Shown here piece by piece: positions 26,118 to 32,000 of a stretch of DNA of 32,000 bases. Within the stretch, counting starts at the first letter, position 1; the number at the start of each line of letters is the position of its first letter. A program made the position numbers and the translations under genes. The notes under the pieces are model-generated. The model did no database searches and had not been told where the DNA came from. It saw only the letters and a list, made by a program, of their open reading frames with translations. Origin of the DNA: Geobacter metallireducens GS-15 (GTDB lineage: Bacteria; Desulfobacterota; Desulfuromonadia; Geobacterales; Geobacteraceae); the NCBI RefSeq assembly GCF_000012925.1, contig NC_007517.1, positions 2,580,001-2,612,000 on the forward strand, written 5' to 3'.

Positions 26118-28592
26118 TCACCCCACCACGATGTTGAGAAGCTTACCCGGCACATAAATCGCCTTCCTGAGCTGCTTCCCTTCTATCCACGGCTTCACCT
26201 TCTCGTCGGCGAAGGCAGCGGCCTTGACCTGCTCCTCGGTAGCGTCAGTGGCAACCGTCACCTTGCCACGGAGCTTGCCGTTCACCTGGACCACGATGAG
26301 GAATTCCTCGTCCACAGCGGCTGACGGATCAAAGGAGGGCCAACCGGCCGCCTCCACCCCTCCTTGGTGGCCAAGGGCCTCCCAGAGTTCCTCCGTCACA
26401 TGGGGAACAAAGGGGGAAAGCATGATGACGACACTCTCGATGGCTTCCGTGAGGACCGGCCCGTTTTCCGGCGCATTCTTGGGCTCGAAGGCGTAGATGG
26501 CGTTCACCAGTTCCATGATCGCGGCAATGGCGGTGTTGAAGTGGAACCGCTCGTCGATATCGTCGGTGACCTTGCGGATTGTTTTGTGGACGGCACGGCG
26601 GAGCCCCCGGGCATCGTCGGAGAGGGAAGCCGAATCAACGGCTCCCCCCTTACCGACAAAGGGGAGAAGATCGCAGACAAGACGCCAGACCCGGCTGAGG
26701 AAGCGGTAACTCCCGTCGACCCCCTGGTCACTCCAGTCCAGATCCTTCTCCGGCGGCGCGGCAAAGAGGGAGAAAAGTCGTGCCGTGTCGGCCCCGTACC
26801 GGTTAATGAGGGCATCGGGATCCACCACGTTCCCCTTGGACTTGCTCATCTTGGCGCCGTCCTTGATGACCATCCCCTGGGTGAGGAGGTTCGTGAACGG
26901 CTCGTCAACGGTCACATACCCCAAATCCCGCAGGGCCTTGGTAAAGAAGCGGGCGTAGAGGAGATGGAGCACCGCGTGCTCGATGCCGCCGATGTACTGG
27001 TCAACGGACATCCAGTACTCGGCCCGGGCCTTGTCGATGGGGCCGGCGGCGAAATCGGGGCAGCAGTAGCGGAGGAAGTACCAGGAGGACTGGACGAAAG
27101 TGTCCATGGTATCGGTCTCCCGGCGCGCCATCTGGCCGCACTGGGGGCAGGGAACATTCACGAAGGAGTCGAGCTTCTTGAGGGGGCTCCCCCCCTCTCC
27201 GGTGAACTCCACATCCATGGGGAGCACCACTGGCAGGTCCTTTTCCGGCACCGGCACCACGCCGCAGATATCGCAGTAGATGACCGGGATCGGGTTCCCC
27301 CAGTAGCGCTGGCGGGAGATGCCCCAGTCCCGCAGCCGGAAGTTGACGGTCTTGGTGCCGATCCCCTCCTTTGCCAGGTAATCGGCGATCTTCTCCTTCG
27401 CCTCGTCGCTCCGCAGTCCGTCAAAGGTGCCAGAGTTGACCATCGTCCCCACCTCGGTGTAGGCGGTGGCCATTGCGGCGGGATCGAGGGTTTCGCCCTC
27501 CGGTTGGATGACTACCTGGAGCGGCAGATCGTACTTCCTTGCAAACTCGAAGTCGCGCTGGTCATGGGTCGGCACGGCCATGACCGCGCCGGTGCCGTAG
27601 TCGAGAAGGACGAAGTTGGCAAGAAAGACCGGCATCCGCCGGTTGGTCACCGGGTTGATGCAGTAGGAGCCCGTAAAGACCCCCTCCTTCTCGAAGTCCT
27701 CGGCGGTCCGCTTGATCTTGTCGGTCTTCTTCACCTTGTCGATGAAGGCCTCAACCTCGGCCCGGCGGTCAGGGGTTGTCAGCTCCAGGGCCATGGGGTG
27801 CTCGGGGGCCAGGGACATGAAGGTTGCGCCGTAGAGAGTGTCCTGGCGGGTGGTGAACACCTTTATCTTGGCGAGGCTCCCCTCCACGGGAAAATCGATT
27901 TCGCAGCCGTAGCTCTTGCCGATCCAGTTGCGCTGCATAGTCAGCACCCGCTCGGGCCAGCCGGGGAGCTTCTCGGTATACTCCAGAAGTTCCTCGGCGT
28001 AGTCGGTGATCCGGAAGAACCACTGCTCCAGCTCCTTCTGGGTCACCTCGCTGTCGCAGCGCCAGCAGGCTCCGTCCTCCACCTGCTCGTTGGCCAGAAC
28101 CGTCTCGCACTTGGGGCACCAGTTGACGTAGGAGGTCTTCTTGTAGGCTAGCCCCTTCTCATACATCTCAAGGAACACCTTCTGTTCCCACTTGTAGTAG
28201 TCAAGGTCACAGGTGGCCAGCTCCCGGTCCCAATCATACGAAAGACCCATCTTCTTGAGCTGGCTCCGCATGTAGGCGATGTTCTCGTAGGTCCACTTGG
28301 CCGGGTGGCTCTTATGCTGAATGGCTGCATTCTCCGCCGGCATGCCGAACGCGTCCCACCCCATGGGATGGAGGACATTGAAGCCGCGCAGCCGCTTGAA
28401 GCGACCCACCACGTCGCCGATGGAGTAGTTGCGCACGTGCCCCATGTGGATGCGCCCCGAAGGATAGGGGAACATTTCGAGGAGATAGTACTTGGGCTTG
28501 GAAGGATCTTCTGTGACCTTGTAGGTCTTATTCTCCTCCCAGATTTTCTGCCACTTCTCTTCGACGTTTCGGGGGATGTATTTCTCTTCCAC
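26118..28592 (-). CDS. leuS: Leucyl-tRNA synthetase
   Basis: [15 protein letters not shown] (HIGH), KMSKSKGN (KMSKS), 824 aa. Confidence 0.97.
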   Translation of the reverse strand: MEEKYIPRNVEEKWQKIWEENKTYKVTEDPSKPKYYLLEMFPYPSGRIHMGHVRNYSIGDVVGRFKRLRGFNVLHPMGWDAFGMPAENAAIQHKSHPAKWTYENIAYMRSQLKKMGLSYDWDRELATCDLDYYKWEQKVFLEMYEKGLAYKKTSYVNWCPKCETVLANEQVEDGACWRCDSEVTQKELEQWFFRITDYAEELLEYTEKLPGWPERVLTMQRNWIGKSYGCEIDFPVEGSLAKIKVFTTRQDTLYGATFMSLAPEHPMALELTTPDRRAEVEAFIDKVKKTDKIKRTAEDFEKEGVFTGSYCINPVTNRRMPVFLANFVLLDYGTGAVMAVPTHDQRDFEFARKYDLPLQVVIQPEGETLDPAAMATAYTEVGTMVNSGTFDGLRSDEAKEKIADYLAKEGIGTKTVNFRLRDWGISRQRYWGNPIPVIYCDICGVVPVPEKDLPVVLPMDVEFTGEGGSPLKKLDSFVNVPCPQCGQMARRETDTMDTFVQSSWYFLRYCCPDFAAGPIDKARAEYWMSVDQYIGGIEHAVLHLLYARFFTKALRDLGYVTVDEPFTNLLTQGMVIKDGAKMSKSKGNVVDPDALINRYGADTARLFSLFAAPPEKDLDWSDQGVDGSYRFLSRVWRLVCDLLPFVGKGGAVDSASLSDDARGLRRAVHKTIRKVTDDIDERFHFNTAIAAIMELVNAIYAFEPKNAPENGPVLTEAIESVVIMLSPFVPHVTEELWEALGHQGGVEAAGWPSFDPSAAVDEEFLIVVQVNGKLRGKVTVATDATEEQVKAAAFADEKVKPWIEGKQLRKAIYVPGKLLNIVVG

Positions 28593-28653
28593 GACGTGCT
28601 ACCTCCGGTTGGCGGGTCAGTAAGGGATTAAAATCAAAGGTTTGTTTTTAGCA

Positions 28654-28693
28654 TAAAAACGCCGGCCATGCAAACATGTTCACAGGGCCGGCG
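28654..28693 (-). terminator. Rho-independent terminator after the cytochrome gene
   Basis: The minus strand reads CGCCGGCC-(18-nt loop)-GGCCGGCG followed by TTTTTAT. Confidence 0.6.
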
Positions 28694-28732
28694 GGGGCGA
28701 CGAAAGGTGATGGAGGCTGGTTCAGGGATGCA

Positions 28733-30862
28733 TCAATAGAGCCTCTGGTGACACTTCTCGCAGTGGATGGGATCCTTAACACTGAAGGCCATGCTGAAAC
28801 CGTGGCAGGCGCCGCACGACTGTCCCTGCTCCATCTCCTTCATGGTATGGGATTTCCTCCCGGCGCCGGCCACGATAATCTTGCTGTGGCAGTCAACGCA
28901 ACCGTATCCCTTGGCGGAGTGGGATTTATGGCTGAAGAGGACGCTCCCCACATCGCCGGGAAGCTCGTACTTGATCCCCTTGGTGGCCGGATGGCACTTC
29001 TCGCAGGCACCGGCGACGCCAAAGGCACTCTTGCCGTCATGGCAGGCGCCGCACGATTTGCCCTTCTCCATGTCGGCCATGGTCCAGCGCCGGTTCTCGG
29101 AATCAGGCTTAAAGAGGGCATCGTGGCAGTCGGCGCACGAATAGGCGTTGAGGTGGAAGGTATGGCTGAAGAGAGCGCCCGGTTCCTTGAAGGAGATCTC
29201 CTTCACCGGATGGCATTTGGTACAGTTATCCTTCACGGTGAAGGCGCTTTTCCCATCGTGGCAGGCGCCGCACGAGCCCCCTTTCTCCATGTCGGCCATG
29301 GTGTGGCGCCTGGCCGATGCGCCGGCTCCGAAGATCCCGTTATGGCAATCGGTGCAGCCATGGAGGCCTGCGTGGAACGTGTGGCTGAAGCGGGTGACTC
29401 CCGTCTGGCGGACCGGAATCGCCACCTCCACGGTGGAGGTATGGCAGGTGCCGCACGATCCCTTGACGGTGAAGGCGATCGAGCCGTCATGGCAGGCGCC
29501 ACAGGAATTGCCCTGCTCCATCTGCGCCATGGTCCAGCGCTTGTTTCCGGGACCGGAGAGGAAGAGCCCGTTATGGCAGTCGCTGCAGGTTTGGGATTCC
29601 AGGTGCTTCACGTGGGGGAAACGGGCATCGTGGGGAAGGATCACATCCCGCAGGGGATGGCATTTGCCACAGTTGGCGGCAGTAGTGGCGGCAAAGGCGG
29701 TCTTGCCGTCATGGCAGGCGCCGCACGATTTTCCCTGCCCCATCTCGGCCATGGTGAAGCTCTTGCGCCCCGCACCGGCGGTGAAGATGCCGTTGTGACA
29801 GTCTCCGCAGCCATACATCTGGCGGTGGAAATCGTGCCGGAAGGCAACCGTGCCGGCAGCCCCCGTCTTGAAGCTCACATTCCGCGTCTTCACGTGGCAG
29901 CGGTCACAGTTGCCCCGGACGCCGAAGACGGTCTTGTCCTCGTGGCAGACCCCGCAGGAGAGTCCCTTCTCCATTTCGGCCATGGTGTAGCGGCGGCTGT
30001 TGACGCCACCGACGAAGATACCGCTGTGGCAGCTGCCACACCCCAGCAGAGCTGTATGGATCTTATGGCTGAAGAATGCATCGCTTTTCGCGAAGGTCAC
30101 ATCCCTGACAGCCGTATGACACCGGCCGCAGTCCCCCTTGACCGAGAAGGCGGTACTGCCGTTGTGACAACCGCCGCACGACTGCTGGGTCTCCATCTCC
30201 AGCATGGTGTAGCGCTTGCTTTTGGGGCCGGCCACAAAGAGCTTGCTGTGGCAGTCGCCACAGACATGGCCGAATCCCAAGTGGGCAGCGTGGCTGAAGG
30301 TGGCGTCGGCAGCAAAAGGGATATCCCGCACCGTGTGGCACTTGGTGCAGTCCCCCTTGACCGAGAAGGCGGTTTTGCCGTCGTGGCAGGCACCGCACGA
30401 ACGTCCCCCTTCCATCTCCTTCATGGTAATGTGGGGGTTATCGGTACGGGCGCCGAAGATGGCGTTGTGGCAGTCGGCGCAACCGTAGGCGCCGAGCCCC
30501 AGGTGGAATTTGTGACTAAAAATGACGGCGCCGAAATTGGGGATATCGACCGGCACCTCCTTTGTCACGTGGCAGCGGGTGCACTCGCCGAGGGCGAAGG
30601 CTCGCTTCGCATTGTGGCAGGCGCCGCAGGACTTGCCCGCCTCCATCTCCTTCATGGTCACCGGCGCCGACTTGGTGCCGATCGTGAAGATCTTGTTGTG
30701 GCAGAGGGTGCAGTTGTTGCCGAGGGCCTTCAGGTGGACGGGATGGCTGAAGTTAATGGCACCGGCGGTGTCGGTCTTGAAGGTAACAACCTGGTAATCC
30801 TTGGCAAAGAGGAGCACCGGCAGAAGGAGGAGCAGCATGGCGGGAATGAACAGGCGTTTCAC
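28733..30862 (-). CDS. Periplasmic 27-heme cytochrome c built from nine c7-type triheme repeats
   Basis: I counted 27 CxxCH motifs in nine groups of three, with a repeating pattern (F-S-H-x-x-H ... CxxCH ... TM-x-EME-x-G-x-SCGACH ... CxxCH). Signal peptide MKRLFIPAMLLLLLPVLLFA|KD from GTG 30862 (GGAG 6 nt upstream); the track start is TTG 30877. Confidence 0.93.
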   Translation of the reverse strand: MKRLFIPAMLLLLLPVLLFAKDYQVVTFKTDTAGAINFSHPVHLKALGNNCTLCHNKIFTIGTKSAPVTMKEMEAGKSCGACHNAKRAFALGECTRCHVTKEVPVDIPNFGAVIFSHKFHLGLGAYGCADCHNAIFGARTDNPHITMKEMEGGRSCGACHDGKTAFSVKGDCTKCHTVRDIPFAADATFSHAAHLGFGHVCGDCHSKLFVAGPKSKRYTMLEMETQQSCGGCHNGSTAFSVKGDCGRCHTAVRDVTFAKSDAFFSHKIHTALLGCGSCHSGIFVGGVNSRRYTMAEMEKGLSCGVCHEDKTVFGVRGNCDRCHVKTRNVSFKTGAAGTVAFRHDFHRQMYGCGDCHNGIFTAGAGRKSFTMAEMGQGKSCGACHDGKTAFAATTAANCGKCHPLRDVILPHDARFPHVKHLESQTCSDCHNGLFLSGPGNKRWTMAQMEQGNSCGACHDGSIAFTVKGSCGTCHTSTVEVAIPVRQTGVTRFSHTFHAGLHGCTDCHNGIFGAGASARRHTMADMEKGGSCGACHDGKSAFTVKDNCTKCHPVKEISFKEPGALFSHTFHLNAYSCADCHDALFKPDSENRRWTMADMEKGKSCGACHDGKSAFGVAGACEKCHPATKGIKYELPGDVGSVLFSHKSHSAKGYGCVDCHSKIIVAGAGRKSHTMKEMEQGQSCGACHGFSMAFSVKDPIHCEKCHQRLY

Positions 30863-30880
30863 GGGAACTCCGAACAATTT

Positions 30881-31264
30881 TTAGCCGATTCGTAGCAATT
30901 CCCTTGCCACGGCAAGGATTTTGCCGGCCTGAATCGGTTTCGTGAGATAGTCGTTGGCCCCGAGGGCAAGGCCGCGCTGGCGGTCCTCGGCAGCCCCCTC
31001 GGTGGTAATGATCACGACAGGGATGTGCCTCAGGGACGGATCGTTGCGGACAAGGCTCACGAGCTTCAGGCCATCCATGATCGGCATATTGATATCGGTA
31101 AATATCAAGTCAAAACTATCCCCTCCCAGCTTTTTCAGGGCATCAACGCCGTCGGTCGCCTCCACCAGCGCAACGCCAGGGAGCCGCCGCAGCGTGAAGG
31201 AGATAAGCTGCCGCATGGTGGGCGAGTCTTCTACGACAAGTATCCTCTTATCGGACATAGTCAT
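30881..31264 (-). CDS. CheY-like single-domain response regulator receiver
   Basis: ILVVEDSPTMRQL, phospho-acceptor FDLIFTDINMP, and the ITTEG...KP motif. The start could be ATG 31264 or 31258. Confidence 0.9.
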   Translation of the reverse strand: MTMSDKRILVVEDSPTMRQLISFTLRRLPGVALVEATDGVDALKKLGGDSFDLIFTDINMPIMDGLKLVSLVRNDPSLRHIPVVIITTEGAAEDRQRGLALGANDYLTKPIQAGKILAVARELLRIG

Positions 31265-31283
31265 GGATCTCCGGTGCAATAGG

Positions 31284-32000
31284 CTACTTCGTCAGGAGAT
31301 TGATGAATCCCTGCATGGTGGAGCGCTTGCGCTCCGAATCCGAGTAAAGCCTGGAACTGAATATGGCGGTTGCCGCATGGCCGGCAAGGAGTGTGAACAG
31401 TTCATAGTCCACCGGCACAAAGGCTTTTTTCTGGATCAGGAGCTTGTAAATGACGATGACTCCGATCACTTGATCCTTGATCTTGAGGGGTATGCAGACC
31501 ATGGGATTCGAGAGGTCTCGCACGTATCCCGCCGGATCCTCGAGGAAGTGGCTCTCGCCGGTAGCGGCGATGGCCCCGATGGTCCCCTCGCCGGGCCGCA
31601 CCTTCGGCACATCATCAAGGGAAATGCCCTCGGCGGCAACGGCGCCCAGCAGGCCGGCCTTCTCGTCGATGAGCATGACGGCGAATTCCTCGGCCCCGAT
31701 CAGGTTGATGATGATCTCGGTGATGACCTTGAGAACGTCATCAAAATCGAGAATGGAGTGGAGTTGGTAGCTGGCTATGTAGAGGTTTGCCAGATTGTTG
31801 TTTTCCTCTTCGATTTCCACATAGCGGGTGGCGAAATCATTGTTCTCAGCCTCAATCTGCCTGATGCGGCCGAGAATCTCGTCCTTCTCCCGCTCCAACT
31901 CCTCGATGCGGGCGGCGAGAAGCCGGTTTTCCTCGACAAGGGAAGCCGGAGCCCCTCCCTTGCGCTGGTGTTCCTCCAGCTGAAAAATCCGATATCGAAG
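31284..32000 (-). CDS. Coiled-coil plus GAF-domain protein (5' end outside the window)
   Basis: GAF-like core (VTEIIINLIGAEEFAVMLIDE...GEGTIGAIAATGE...CIPLKIKDQVIGVIVIY). I translated 31899-32000 by hand and the frame stays open to the window edge, so the track's TTG start at 31898 is probably internal. Confidence 0.75.
   Translation of the reverse strand, partial: LRYRIFQLEEHQRKGGAPASLVEENRLLAARIEELEREKDEILGRIRQIEAENNDFATRYVEIEEENNNLANLYIASYQLHSILDFDDVLKVITEIIINLIGAEEFAVMLIDEKAGLLGAVAAEGISLDDVPKVRPGEGTIGAIAATGESHFLEDPAGYVRDLSNPMVCIPLKIKDQVIGVIVIYKLLIQKKAFVPVDYELFTLLAGHAATAIFSSRLYSDSERKRSTMQGFINLLTK

Noticed and set aside
28676-30895. 739-aa ORF on the plus strand spanning the whole cytochrome locus
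   Set aside because: It lies exactly antisense to an ORF with 27 CxxCH motifs and a signal peptide. Its product is low-complexity (Ala/Gly/His-rich repeats mirroring the heme motifs) and it has no RBS. This is a typical shadow ORF in GC-rich DNA.

Overview
The window looks like a Geobacter-type (Desulfuromonadota) chromosome segment. I base that on gene content and order (guaB-guaA, miaB, rpsT, holA-lptE-leuS, then a 27-heme c7-polymer cytochrome), recalled from memory and not searched. It has two parts. (1) Positions 1-10060 are an accessory region made of two integrative elements inserted in tandem into the 3' end of tRNA-Gly(CCC). The intact tRNA is at 9986-10060 (minus strand), and a 47-nt copy of its 3' end (1 mismatch) lies at 2988-3034. 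Element A is cut by the window start and carries a Rep-like gene, an excisionase-like HTH gene and a tyrosine integrase. Element B (3035-9985) carries a P4-type integrase, an AT-rich gene for a small secreted protein, a small serine recombinase and a 3-TM/zinc-ribbon protein. It also carries a free-standing NUMOD4-HNH endonuclease, a ~670-bp repeat-rich non-coding stretch, an ISL3-family IS with an 8-bp target duplication, and two tiny ORFs. A GGTTGCTTG(C/T) motif is clustered at both ends of element B. (2) Positions 10061-32000 are core genome, almost all on the minus strand: cca, flgM, an orphan Cys-rich PAS histidine kinase (plus strand), and a cluster of rubrerythrin-like protein, HAD phosphatase, tungsten-type aldehyde:ferredoxin oxidoreductase and double-domain class II aldolase. 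These are followed by guaBA, an M42 peptidase, a DUF151 nuclease, miaB, rpsT (plus strand), holA, lptE and leuS, and then an apparent GAF protein / CheY receiver / 27-heme cytochrome operon. The best candidate for something undescribed is the cargo of element B. None of its genes fits a named defence or toxin-antitoxin system, and it includes unexplained repeats and homopolymer tracts. All functional calls come from reading motifs in the supplied translations; no database search was possible.
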